NCBI GenBank assembly: GCA_036785375.1
Contig: JAWMAR010001270.1
Span: 1 to 64,000 of the forward strand
Reading direction: 5' to 3'
DNA length: 64,000 nt
DNA from: Leucoraja ocellata
Lineage: Eukaryota
Under the pieces are notes generated by a model. It was not told where the DNA came from and made no database searches. It was given only the letters and a program-made list of their open reading frames with translations. Shown here in pieces: positions 1 through 11,257 of the stretch. The position numbers and the translations under genes are program-made. Every line of letters begins with the position of its first letter. Positions within the stretch are counted from its first letter, which is position 1.

Positions 1-730
1 TTAGCCACAAGGGCCACATCTAACTCCCTCTTACATATAGCCAATGAACTGGCCTCAACTACCTTCGGCAGAGAATTCCACAGATTTACCACTCTCTGTG
101 TAAAACATGATTTTCTCATCTCGGTCCTAAAAGACTTCCCTCTTATCCTTAAACTGTGACCTCTAGTTCTGGACTTCTATAAGTTTCTATAAGATTCCCC
201 CCAATCTTCTAAATTCTAGCGTGTACAAGCCGAGTCTATCCAGTCTTTCTTCATATGAAAGTCCTGCCATCCCAGGGATCAGTCTGGTGAACCGTCTCTG
301 TACTCCTTCTATGGCAAGAATGTCTTTCCTCAGATTAGGAGACCAAAACTGTACGCAATACTCCAGGTGTGGTCTCCCCAAGACCCTGTACAACTGCAGT
401 AGAACCTCCATGCTCCTATACTCAAATCCTTTTGCTATGAATGCTAACATACCATTTGCTTTCTCCACTGCCTATTGCACGTGCATGCCTACTTTCAATG
501 ACTGGTGTACCATGACACCCAGGTCTCGTTGCATCTCCCCTTTTCCTAGTCGGCCGCCATTCGGATAATAGTCTACTTTCCTGTTTTTGCCACGAAAGTG
601 GATAACCTCACATTTATCCACATTATACTGCATCTGCCATGCATTTGCCCACTCACCCAGCCTATCCAAGTCACCTTGCAGCCTTCTAGCATCCTCCTCA
701 CAGCTAACACTGCCCCCCAGCTTTGTGTCA
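1..730 (-). mobile_element. CR1 LINE, 3' part of ORF2
   Basis: Minus-strand ORFs ...RPHLEYCVQFWSPNLRKDILAIEGVQRRFTR and WQMQYNVDKC. Confidence 0.9.
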
Positions 731-887
731 GATGATGTTATAATGCCCGACTTTTGGCGCTTCTCTGCAATATGTCAGGTAATACATTGAAACTGATACA
801 TTATCTTCACATGCAAGAGAGCAAAACGTATAAAACACACGAAGACCTGTCAGCACTTAATTTCATGTCCGTATTTGAATACGTTAG

Positions 888-2030
888 GTGTGGCTATTTC
901 ATCTTTTATAATTAATTCCAGCATCTTCCCCACCACCGATGTCAGGCTAACTGGTCTATATATCCCTGCTTTCTCTCTCCCGCCTTTCTTAAACAGTGGG
1001 ATAACATTAGCTACCCTCCAATCCACAGGAACTGATCCTGAATCTACAGAACATTGGAAAATAATCACCAATGCGTCCATGATTTCCAGAGCCACCTCCT
1101 TAAGTACCCTGGGATGCAGGTCATCGGGCCCTGGGGATTTATCAGTCTTCAGTCCCATCAGTCTACCCAACACCATTTCCTGCCTAGTGTGCATTTCCTT
1201 CAGTTGCTCCGTCACCCTAGATCTTATGCCCACTGGTACATCAGGGAGATTGTTTGTGTCCTCCTTAGTGAAGATGGATCCAAAGTACCTGTTCAACTCG
1301 TCTGCAATTTCCTTGTTCCCCATAAAAATTCACCTTTCTCAGTCTTCAATGGTCCAACTTTGATCCCAACTTTTTTTCCTCTTCACATACCTAAATAAGC
1401 TTTTAATACCCTCCTTTATATTCTGGGCCAGCTTACCTTCGTACCTCATCTTTTCTCCCCGTATTGCCTTTTTAGTTATCTTCTGTTGCTATTTAAACGT
1501 TTCCCAATCTTCTGGCTTCCTGTTCATCTATGCTATTTTATATGTCTTCTCTTTTATTTTTATATTGTCCCTGACTTCCCTTCTCAGCCCACGGTCGCCC
1601 CTTACTCCCCTTGGAATCTTTCTTGCTCTTTGGAATGAACTGATCCTGAACCTTCAGTATTATTCCAAGAAATACCTGCCATTGTTGAATCCATTGCCAT
1701 CCCTGCTAGGGTATCTTTCCAGTCAACTTTGGCCAGCTCTTCCCTCATCGCTTCATAATCCCCTTTGTTCAACTGTAATACTGACACCTCCGATTTATCC
1801 TTCTCCCTCTCAAATTGTAGATTAAAATTTATCAGATTATGGTCACCACCTCCTAATGGCTCCTTGACATCGAGTTCCCTTTATCAAATGCGGTTTATTA
1901 CACAACACTAAAATCCAAAATTGCCTTCTCCCTGGTAGGTTCCAGTACAAGCTGCTCTAAGAATCCATCTCGGAGGCACTCCACAAACTCACTTTCTTGG
2001 GGTCCAGTACCAGCAGCTGCAGCCCCTTCA
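888..2030 (-). mobile_element. CR1 LINE ORF2 fragment (degenerate)
   Basis: [15 protein letters not shown]...[12 protein letters not shown]. Confidence 0.88.
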
Positions 2031-2059
2031 CACACATTGTGTCGTATCGTAGTACCTGA

Positions 2060-2330
2060 AATTTGAAAATATAATGTTCAAACATTAGTTTGTAAGCTAC
2101 TCAAGCGAAATGTAAAGTGCTGGTCTTCCAGTTTGTGTGTTGGTCTCACTCTGGCAGTGGGGGACGGAAGGGACGAAAGGTCGGTATGGGAAGGAAAAGG
2201 TACGTTCAAATGGTTAGCAACCTAGAGCTCCAGCTGGCCTTCGCGAACAGGGCAAGGTTCGCCATCTAAAATATCGTCTGTCCATTCCTTCCGCCGATGC
2301 TGCCTGACCCGCTGAGTTCCTCCAGCATTC
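2060..2330 (-). mobile_element. Penelope-like element fragment (duplicated at ~42020-42290)
   Basis: Minus strand reads approximately KLEDQHFTFRLSSLQ, similar to the PLE C-terminal motif at 11080-11140. Adjoins the gctgg...gcagcatc repeat. Confidence 0.45.
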
Positions 2331-2814
2331 TGTTCTTTGCTGAAGGAACACAGCAGATTAGAGGTATCCATTTGCTCTATAGGTGCTGGATAGCTTGTTG
2401 GGTCCGTCGAGCAGTACAAAAATAATTTACGTGGAACGAGAAAACTAGTAAAATACACGGAAGAACGGAATTGTGTTTGTGGTAGAAAACTACTGGAATA
2501 ATATAACGGTAATATGGACGTTTCGGGTCCCTTCATTCAGTCCCAACACCTGCAGTTCCTCGTGTCTCCATTTTGTTTGTGTAATTCAATTAGTGATAGC
2601 TTCTGCTCTCGGGATTCTTTAGTGCTCCCGGAAGGTCTAGGAGAAAATTCTACATCAAGCATAAATGTTTCACCTGCGAGATGAGATGGGATGCCTTAAA
2701 ATAAAACTAAATATGAAACCCACTGCACTGTCACATGATATCCGGCGTCATGAAATACACGAATCTTTGAAGAGGCTTCCTCATTTGCAGCAAGCGACCA
2801 CCTCATTTTGCAAA

Positions 2815-2869
2815 ATGTCGTTTGGAGCATCAGTTCGATACATGACTCTTCTGGCTACAGTTTGGCACG
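2815..2869 (+). CDS. Gene A exon 1: signal peptide (MSFGASVRYMTLLATVWH) of VJ-C1 IgSF receptor
   Basis: ATG at 2815, 18 codons +1 nt, donor G|GTACGT (phase 1). A homologous 55-nt exon precedes each of the four V exons. Confidence 0.8.
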
Positions 2870-3271
2870 GTACGTTTAGATACATGTGGGGTTTCCGAAT
2901 CCCATGTCATGTTTTATAATATTCTATTTTAAAAAAAAGACACAACGTTCTGGAGTAATTCCGTGGGTCAGACAGCATCTTAGGAGAACGTGGATAGGTG
3001 ACGTTTCGGGTCGAAACTACTTCAGAATCTAAAGAAGACTCCTGGCCGCTGAGTTATTCCAGCACTCGGTGTCTTTTTTTGTAAACCAGCCGGTGCATTT
3101 CTTGTATCTCCTTAGAATATTCTATGTTGGTTACCAAGCACGAATTTAGTTACAGTGCTTCTTAATTCGTTTATGTCCGATTCTAGTTTATTTTGAATTT
3201 TTCAACTCTTTGTTCATTTTGCTTGTCCGGATGGCCAGCTGTTTTCAGTATTCTTGTTTTATTTCTGGCAG

Positions 3272-3577
3272 CCTTCGAAGTAACTTCAACCAAAGTGGAC
3301 CAATTCCCTAAAGACCTGACCGTCCACAGAGGAGGCAATGCGTCCATGTTCTGCACATTCTCAATACAACAAGTTACTCCTGATGTTTACTGGTGGAGAT
3401 GGGGCGAGAAGACATTTATAGAACCAGACAGCAGAAAACAATTTTCTATCAGAAAGGGCAGTGCGGATTTCATTCTCCTGAATACGAAAATCGCGGACTC
3501 CGGAGTTTATTATTGTAAATTGAAACAACAGCAGCAATCTATCGGAGATGGACCTGGCTCAAGGCTCACCGTGTTCG
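3272..3577 (+). CDS. Gene A exon 2: Ig V-set domain with germline-joined J-like G strand (NKp30/antigen-receptor-like)
   Basis: Acceptor ttctggcag|, donor G|GTAAGT, phase 1/1, 306 nt. Motifs MFC, VYWW, DSGVYYC and GDGPGSRLTV. Confidence 0.92.
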
Positions 3578-5079
3578 GTAAGTGCCCTGTAAGGGAGACA
3601 TTTTAAGCTTCCCGGGGTACAAGTAAAGCTCGCTGATATGAATAACATGACATTTTATAACTCGGCAAAAACTCGATAAGATTTATACTATAAAAACAAA
3701 CCGTTCCAAATCTGATATATTTAAATAATCCGTAAGTGGGTCAGCATCTGTGTAGAGCGAAAATGTCCTTTTCCTCATATCGTACTTCTCCAGACATTTT
3801 CCATTGCTCTCCTGTAGATTCGCGCTGTGCACTTTGGCGTTATTGCCCACGATTCAGATTCTCCGAAATCTGTAATCATTTAATCACTTAAAGTCTGGAA
3901 ACACGAAAATAAATCGATCTCTCGAGATTGGGATGTTAGAATATTCATTTAGATTAGGTATCGTGGGGTATGTGACAACAGGGTTTGTGACACAGAGACC
4001 TGACGCACAAACCACCCACGATTGAATTGAACAACGGAGCGGCCTCGGCCTTCATATTCTACTCTTATTCGTCGGCTGTAAACGAAGCTGAACCCCGGAT
4101 CAAACCACCGTGTTTATTATACAGATGAATCCTATAAACCGTTGAGAGGTTTGATTTGCTCGATTCTTACTCCAGGGACAGAATATCACCGTTTCACTCC
4201 GAGGATTCTCATTAAACCCTTAACCTTTATAAAATACGAGTAAGATTTAACGGCATTGGGGCAAACGCCTGAGCTCCCGTCCTTACAATTACATTCTTAC
4301 ATGACTCAACCACGTTTCCCACAAGAATCAGTCTCTCCACGTTATTCATTCTATCTAAATAGATCTGTGTTCGTGCCACAGATTAATTTTACGTTTTAGC
4401 TGATGATGCACTCGCCGAGGCTGAGAATAAGCATCGAGGTCTCCTCCGAGTTCAATAAAGAAACCGATCCAACAACCTGTTACTAAAGAAACGGAATGTA
4501 AAAATATTTAAAACTTATTAAACTCGTAGTCATCAACTCGTACAGCGATTTAACAAGAGGCCTCCTACTAACTACCTACTGATTTTAGATCCGACGGAGG
4601 TAGATCATCGTTCGCAAATTACCCACTCTGTGCTGATATAAGTGAAATCTTATTCAGACCAAACGTCTTCAACAAACCGAGTACATTTGGAAAATGGCAA
4701 AATTGTAGAAGAGACGTAGTCTAATTTGGATTTCCCATTCGCGTATTGTACTTATTGAAGAAGTGTCTAATATTTGCACGGCGATACTAATTATCAATAA
4801 ATAGACACAAAAAGCTGGAGTAACTTAACGGGACAGGCAGCATCACTGGAGAGAAGGAATGGGTCGAGATCCTTCTCCAGACATCTGCATTTCCTTCTTA
4901 ATAATTATTAGTATAACTCTATCATGCTCAAATTGTTCAGTTAGCGTTGTGGAGAAACGTCCCGGGCCAAAAGCTGTATCACTTGAGCCCTCCATCCCAG
5001 GTATTAAACAATTGTGTGGCCCAAGCTTTCATCTATGCAACTACGGCCTTCCTCTTGATTATTGATATTGGTGACATCT

Positions 5080-5395
5080 GGATATATACAGCGCTACATT
5101 GGTTAGCGCTGCCCACAATTTCAGCGACCCACCTTCAACCCAGATCCTGCGTGCGTCCATATATAGTTGTCCCCTTCAACGCGTAGACGTTCCTCCGGTG
5201 CTCCGGTTTATTCCGCGTGCCACAGATCTGCAGGTTGGTAGGAAAACTAGTCTCTGTAAATTGTCCCGGTTGATTGGTCGTGGTGAGGAGTGAAGAGGAA
5301 AGTTGACAGCAGATGAAAAATGAATAAGTAGAGATGGAGGTTTAATAACGCAATCTGCGCTGCTCTGTGCTGTGCTGTGCTGTGTATCTCTGTGA
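5080..5395 (+). mobile_element. Degenerate tRNA-derived SINE (HE1/V-SINE-like); copy at ~45370-45695
   Basis: Similar to the reverse complement of the SINEs at 21065 and 23035 (ccggtgctccggtt..., aaattgtccc, gctgtgtatctct tail). Confidence 0.55.
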
Positions 5396-5764
5396 TATTC
5401 CACTCTACACGTATCATTCTTTACACCAAAATCTCATAGAAACAGTCATTTTTGAACTGAACATAAAATTTTGTTGCCAGCGATGATACACCCCCCTCCA
5501 CGCTACTGATTTGGCACTTCAGAACATTGGCGATGTTTCAGAAGTCCACATATTACCTACATCCAAACCTCGGATTCCTTATGTATTGCTTGGATATATT
5601 TCACTGTCAAATCTAAAACAATGACAAATCAGTGGGTGCAAAAGCGATTGTACCGATAACCGATCTGATGGTGGGAGTGCAAGGTCGCGGTGTGACGAGG
5701 CAAACTAGAATGTTATCGTTGAATTGGAAAGAAAATATGCAACATATGTTTTCTTCTGTTACAG

Positions 5765-6055
5765 CTCCGCCAACTCCCCTGAGCATTAGCCAAGTTAATG
5801 GCAGTTCGCCGCCCAGACTTGTGTGTAAAACGGCTGCCTTTTCCCCGAAGGAAGTGAAAATATCCTGGCAAAGAAATGGTGTAACAATTTCCACCGGAGA
5901 AGAACGTGTGAACACCAGTAGCGTGGAGGAGTTGTATGTGGCTTCCAGCTTTCTCCAAGTAACGAAGCCTACCTGGCGCGTTGATATTTACACCTGCCTA
6001 GTGTCACATGTCTCCCTTGCGGTCCCGGCCAGAGTCGACTACACCGTCAAGCCAG
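5765..6055 (+). CDS. Gene A exon 3: Ig C1-set domain
   Basis: Acceptor tctgttacag|, donor G|GTAAG, phase 1/1. C1 hallmarks LVCKTAAFSP, ISW, YVASSFLQV and YTCLVSHVSL. Confidence 0.92.
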
Positions 6056-6329
6056 GTAAGACTGGCAAACAGAACTGGGAACAGAGGGAGACCTCCGATC
6101 CGATTTAGAAATATTGTTGGATACAGCTCAAACACGACTAGACGGGCTGAATGTGGACCGTGTTTATTCACCGCGGGAGTTCGGGCAAACTGACGTATCA
6201 TATGCTCTCATCTGTTTTCTAAATTATATCTGCATCTTCAATATTTATAGTGTCTGTGACGTGGCTAAACCTTCAAGGCTGTCAGAGGTGTTAGCAAACA
6301 AAAAATAATCAAAAAGACACAATCAGTGA

Positions 6330-8236
6330 GATGGGGATAGAGGTACACGTTCTTTATATATAGTCGGGAAATTACTTTGCAATGCTGAGATATTTCCCTA
6401 TTTTGAGGGTATGAGAGAAGGTCTAGCTCAACTTGATTGGGGCAGGTTATTTGAGGGGGAAGGAACATCGGCCAAGTGGGATGTTTTAAACGTATGCTGT
6501 AGAGAGCTCCGGGTGTGTACGTCTCCGTTAGAGTGAAAGGCAAAGCAGGCAAACGTGAAGAAGCTTGGCTGACGAGGGAAATTGAGACGTTAGTCAAAAA
6601 CAAGAAGGATGCATGGGACAGGTAAAGGCAGTTGGGATAAGTGCATCACTGGAGGAGTTTTGGGAAATAAGGAGCAAACTAAAAAAGGAGATCAGAAGGG
6701 CAAAAATTGGCCAGGAGATAGCTCTGGCGGGTACCATAAAAGACAATCCGAAAAGATTTTGTAAAAACATAAGGGGGGAAAGGATAACCAGAGAGAAAGT
6801 GGGACCTCTCAGGAATAAAAGCGGTCACCTCTGTGTGGAGCCACAGGAGATGGGTAAGGTCCTCAAAGAGTATTTCTCCTCTGCATTTACCAAGGAGAAA
6901 ACAGTAGGATGGAGGAAATTGGAGCAGTTACTGGAAGTGTCATGAGAGCATCGAGGAAGTACTGTCGAGGAAGTACTAAAGGTACTGTCTTGTTTGAAGG
7001 TAGTCAAATCTCTGGGGCCTGGTCGGATATATCAGAGGAAACAAGGGAGGAAATTGCGGAGGCCCTGGATTAAATGTATGTCGTCCTTAAATACAGGAGA
7101 GGTGCCAGAGGATTGGTGGGTGGCAAATGTTGTGCCTCTTTTCAAGAAGGACTGCAGGGAAAATGCTGGGAACTATAGGCTGGAGAGCTTAACATTTGTA
7201 GTTGATAAGTTACTGTGGAGTATTCTGAGGGATAGGTTATACATGCATTTGGATGGGCATGGGCTGATTAGGGACAGTCAGCATGGTTTTGTACGTGGGA
7301 CGTCGTGTCTCACAATCTGATTGATTGTTTTTGAAAACGTGGGCAAAAAGGTTGATGATGGCAGAGGGGTAGATGTTGTGTGCATGGATTTTAATAAGGC
7401 ATTCGACAAGGTGCCGCATGGTTGGCTGTTTTGGAAGGTTAGATCTCGTGGGATCTAAGGAGAGATAGCTGAATGGATAGTAAATTAGCTCCATGGAAGA
7501 AAATAGAATGTTAGTGGAAGATTGCTTCTCAGAATGGAGGCCAGTGACTAGTGGTGTGCCACAGGGTTCGGTGCTGGGCCCGTTACTGTTTGGCATCTAC
7601 ATCAATGATTTGGATGAAAACAAACAGGGCAAGATTAGCAAGATTGCTGATGATACAAAAGTTAGTGGTTTTGCAGATAGTGAAGATGGTTATGAACGAT
7701 TGCAGCAGGAACTGGATCGCTTGGCCACGTGGGCAGAGGAATGGTTGATGGAATTTAATACAGAGAAGTTTAAGGTGTTGCATTTTGGGAAGTCGAACAA
7801 GGGCAGGACCTAAACAGTAAATGCTAGTGGTGTAGAGCAGAGGGGTCTAGGAGTACAAGTGCATGGTTCCTTGAAGGTCGAATCGCAGGTGGTCAAAACG
7901 GCTTTTGGCACTTTGGCCTTCATCATTCAGAGTATTGAGTATAGATGTTGGTAGGTCATGTTGCAGTGGTATAAGACGTTGGTGAGACCACATTTAGAAT
8001 ATAGTGTTCAGTTCTGGGCACCATGTTATAGGAAAGATATTGTCAATCTTGAAATGGTTCAGAAAAGATTTACGATGATGTTGCCAGGTCTAGAGAGTGT
8101 GTGAGCTATAGGGAGACGTTAAGTAGGCTGGGTCTCTATTCCATGGAGCGTTGGAGGATGAGGGGAGATCTTATAGAAGTGTACACAATTATGAGGGGAA
8201 TAGATCGGGTAGATGCACAGATTCTACCCAGAGTAG
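6330..8236 (+). mobile_element. CR1 LINE ORF2 remnant, truncated at the duplication junction
   Basis: [14 protein letters not shown]...IADDTK, multiple stops. The paralogous copy at 46630-48860 retains its 3' end. Confidence 0.9.
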
Positions 8237-8250
8237 AATCTGTGCATCTA

Positions 8251-8720
8251 CCGCGGGTCAAAGGAGTTGGAGGAATTGAGTGAAATCCAGGTTAGCCGGG
8301 AAGTGGTGTTGGGTAAATTGAATGGATTAAAGGCCGATAAATCCCCAGGGCCAGATAGGCTGCATCCCAGAATACTTAAGGAAGTAGCTCCAGAAATAGT
8401 GGATGCATTAGTAATAATCTTTCAAAACTCTTTAGATTCTGGAGTAGTTCCTGAAGATTGGCGGGTAGCAAACGTAACCCCACTTTTTAAGAAGGGAGGG
8501 AGAGAGAAAATGGGGAATTACAGACCAGTTAGTCTAACATCGGTAGTGGGGAAACTGCTAGAGTCAGTTATTAAAGATGGGATAGCAGCACATTTGGAAA
8601 GTGGTGAAATCATTGGACAAAGTCAGCATGGATTTACGAAAGGTAAATCATGTCTGACGAATCTTATAGAATTTTTCGAGGATGTAACTAGTAGCGTGGA
8701 TAGGGGAGAACCAGTGGATA
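8251..8720 (+). mobile_element. Internal CR1 fragment nearly identical to ~11393-11862, lacking a 3' end
   Basis: ORF 8267-8791 matches ORF 11229-12245 almost residue for residue up to GEPVD. Confidence 0.88.
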
Positions 8721-8955
8721 TGGAAGGTTACAAAGAGATGTCAGATCTGAAAATGACAGATCAAAGCAGACGACATATATTTATTCGCTAACTTGCAAAT
8801 AATGCAATTCGTTCCATTCGGTATATATTGGAATGCTTGTACACCAAGGATTAAAAAGACACATTCGGAGTGCTCTGCCTTCCTGACTCCTAATTTCTCA
8901 CCAGTTTCTTAGTTTATCTGTTTTACAGTTTTAAATGTATCTGCTTCTCCTGCAG

Positions 8956-9054
8956 ACTCTAATCTCGCACTGATTCTCGGATGTGTAGTGGGCGTATTGG
9001 CAATTTTAATCCCGATTATAATTTTGATAGTACTCAGAATAAAGGCAACAAATG
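8956..9054 (+). CDS. Gene A exon 4: uncharged transmembrane exon (DSNLALILGCVVGVLAILIPIIILIVLRIKATN)
   Basis: Acceptor ttctcctgcag|, donor G|GTAAGA, phase 1/1, 99 nt. About 23 hydrophobic residues followed by basic residues. Homologous to the TM exons of genes B and C. Confidence 0.85.
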
Positions 9055-9159
9055 GTAAGACCGTTATTTATTTTTGCCAATTGCTTTAATATCCTAACAG
9101 TATTTCAGAAAACAGGAACATTGAATTAATAAATGTCGAGTGCAGAAGAAGAAACATTG

Positions 9160-9203
9160 TAGGTCATCATTAGGTGATCATTAGGTCATCATTAGGTGAT
9201 CAT
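9160..9203 (+). repeat. 11-bp tandem repeat x4 (TAGGTCATCAT/TAGGTGATCAT)
   Basis: Read directly from the sequence. Confidence 0.9.
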
Positions 9204-9676
9204 TCACATAACAAAAACATTATGACAGTTAACTATTGAAATGTGCTGGAACATTTTATTTTTTTCAAAATTCGAATTATTCGCTCATCGACTGCGTCTT
9301 TATTTCACATCTAAGAGGAATTGTTCATACATTACATTTTATTCTTTAAAACTATTGAATCTTAAGGAATTTGATATGGATCTTGACTTTGTTTGTGAGC
9401 AACCTGCTCTAACTTGCCACACTTTTTATTTTCATTGTAATTTTGGAATGTGACACGGCTGCTGACACGCTATCACCATTTGATAATTTAATTCAAAGTC
9501 ATGTTCGATTACATATTACAGACTATGCGAAGTTAATACACTAACACAAGATTGCAAAAACCGCTATGGCTAAACGGTTTCAAATATAACGGCGCCATCA
9601 GGAGTTCTTACTTTAGCCAATACATTTGATTATCTTCAAAGACACAATATTCATTTTGTTGTCTTGTTTTCTTTAG

Positions 9677-9720
9677 ATGTTAATAAAAATTCGATGGAAT
9701 CAAGTCGAAGTGCAGAAACG
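9677..9720 (+). CDS. Gene A exon 5: short cytoplasmic exon (DVNKNSMESSRSAET)
   Basis: Strong acceptor ttgttttctttag|, donor |GTAGGG. Phase 1 to 0, which fits the last exon exactly. Confidence 0.7.
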
Positions 9721-10549
9721 GTAGGGTGCAATGCTCTTAGTATTGCCATTTTTTTTCAAAAATGTTCTTTAGCAAAGATTTTAATTTCATTGAGTAAAAT
9801 CTAGAATTATTGTGGCACAGTGGAAGCTGTCCTGTTTATATCAACCTTGCATTTTCGAGTAATTACCAATATTATTTTCAATTTCAAAGAATGCACTCCA
9901 AATCATTAACGTTAAGTCACTGATGAAGCGTTTGTCATGTTCATCGATCTGCTGCTGTCGGGCAAAAAACTTTGTTCTCTCAAGGATGCGATTCGGGGGC
10001 AGGTAACATAACTCTAAAATTTTCTGAGTAGGACGGTTGGATTGTCGATAGATTCTGCTGGCACAATGACCTGGCCATTATCGTTGGGGAAAACTCGAAG
10101 TTGGCTGCACGAAGCATTCTGGACCCGCTAGATTGAGCAGTAGCGATGCCTTCAGATCATCGGGGTCATTTAGTGAGCATAATCACGTTCAAACATGCGC
10201 CATCGCTCATCTGTCAGTAAAACACAAGGGGACTCGGTTTTCGACAGGAGTTGGCCATAACGTTGAAAAATCACAAAATAAAACTGATAAAGAAAATAAA
10301 CAGCGGTAAACGAACGTAGTGGGTTAGACCCAATAACTATGTAATTACCCGACTCGCACTCAGATAAAGGTATAAGCATCTTTAATATCCATTCCAGTAT
10401 CAGATATGCAGTACATTATACATTCATTCTGCTGCAACTACTGAATACAGTAAGCGAGTTCTTGCACCATAAAGCATGCACTAGGCAGAGTTATTATTAC
10501 TAAGCATTCTGATTGGCTAACATCCAATAGTCAATCTACAACCCCCATT

Positions 10550-11215
10550 GCCCAATCTACACCATATCCCTTATACCTATCTCCATTCCCCACCAGGAAG
10601 GTCTCGGGGCATTCCCAATCTTTTTATGGAGATCCAATCAGTTCCCCTCAACTAACACTTTCCTCCATCTGGCAGAATACGTCTTCAGCTTTAACAACTA
10701 TTCTTGACTCCTCTCACTTTCTTTAAGTCAAAGGTATAGCCTTGTATCTTTGTTTATATTTAGAATTGACACCCTGTGCAAGTGTACAAACAGCATGGGT
10801 GCGACTCCCCCGTTGATGGATTGCTTTCACAATTTGTCACCACGGACACCTTTCCATTTCTAGGCCTGGTTTTCAACGTGATTGTTCTCAAACACGACTT
10901 ACAAATTAGATTTTTGGATTCAAGTTTCTTGGTGCAGTGGATCACTTCTGAGGCAGAGGTGACCTGTACAATAGGGATGGTTGCACCTGAACTGTTTGGA
11001 ACCTATATCGAGGCAGTTCCCGAGGCAGGTTCGGTCCTGGGCCTCCTCCATTGATAGAGTAAGACCACATGCAAATTGGTGGAACAGCACCTCATAATTC
11101 ACTTGGGTAGCTTCACCCTTGGGTAGTGGTATGAACATTAAATTATACAATTTTTTGCTAACTTCTACATAATCACCTCCCCTCACTTTTCTGCCCCTTC
11201 TCCCTCCCCAATCCC
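10550..11215 (+). mobile_element. Penelope-like retroelement remnants (RT piece and C-terminal endonuclease region)
   Basis: Degenerate segments resembling 'NNFSFDSSHFLQVKG' at ~10690-10740 and 'EQHLIIHLGSF..GMNI' at ~11080-11140, recalled as chondrichthyan PLE motifs. Confidence 0.5.
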
Positions 11216-11257
11216 GATCCTCAGCTAAATGTCAGGTAACCAGTTCACAATTACGTA

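Larger units (their letters stand above)
888..8236 (+). repeat. Segmental duplication copy 1 (leader+V+C1 block), paralogous to 37917-48545
   Basis: Near-identical sequence throughout, including introns and embedded repeats. Copy 2 additionally carries a Rex1/Babar insertion and about 320 bp extra at ~43813-44132. Confidence 0.9.

Noticed and set aside
3193-3271. N-terminal 'signal peptide' MNFSTLCSFCL... of ORFs 3193-3606 and 43146-43559
   Set aside because: This is intronic polypyrimidine tract read in frame from a non-ATG start. The real leader is the conserved 55-nt exon upstream.
3272-3700. Rearranging TCR/Ig V segments
   Set aside because: Each V exon already includes the J-like GxG strand and ends at a GT splice donor. 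I saw no CACAGTG-spacer-ACAAAAACC signal at the 3' end of any V. Scattered CACAGTG matches elsewhere have no V context.
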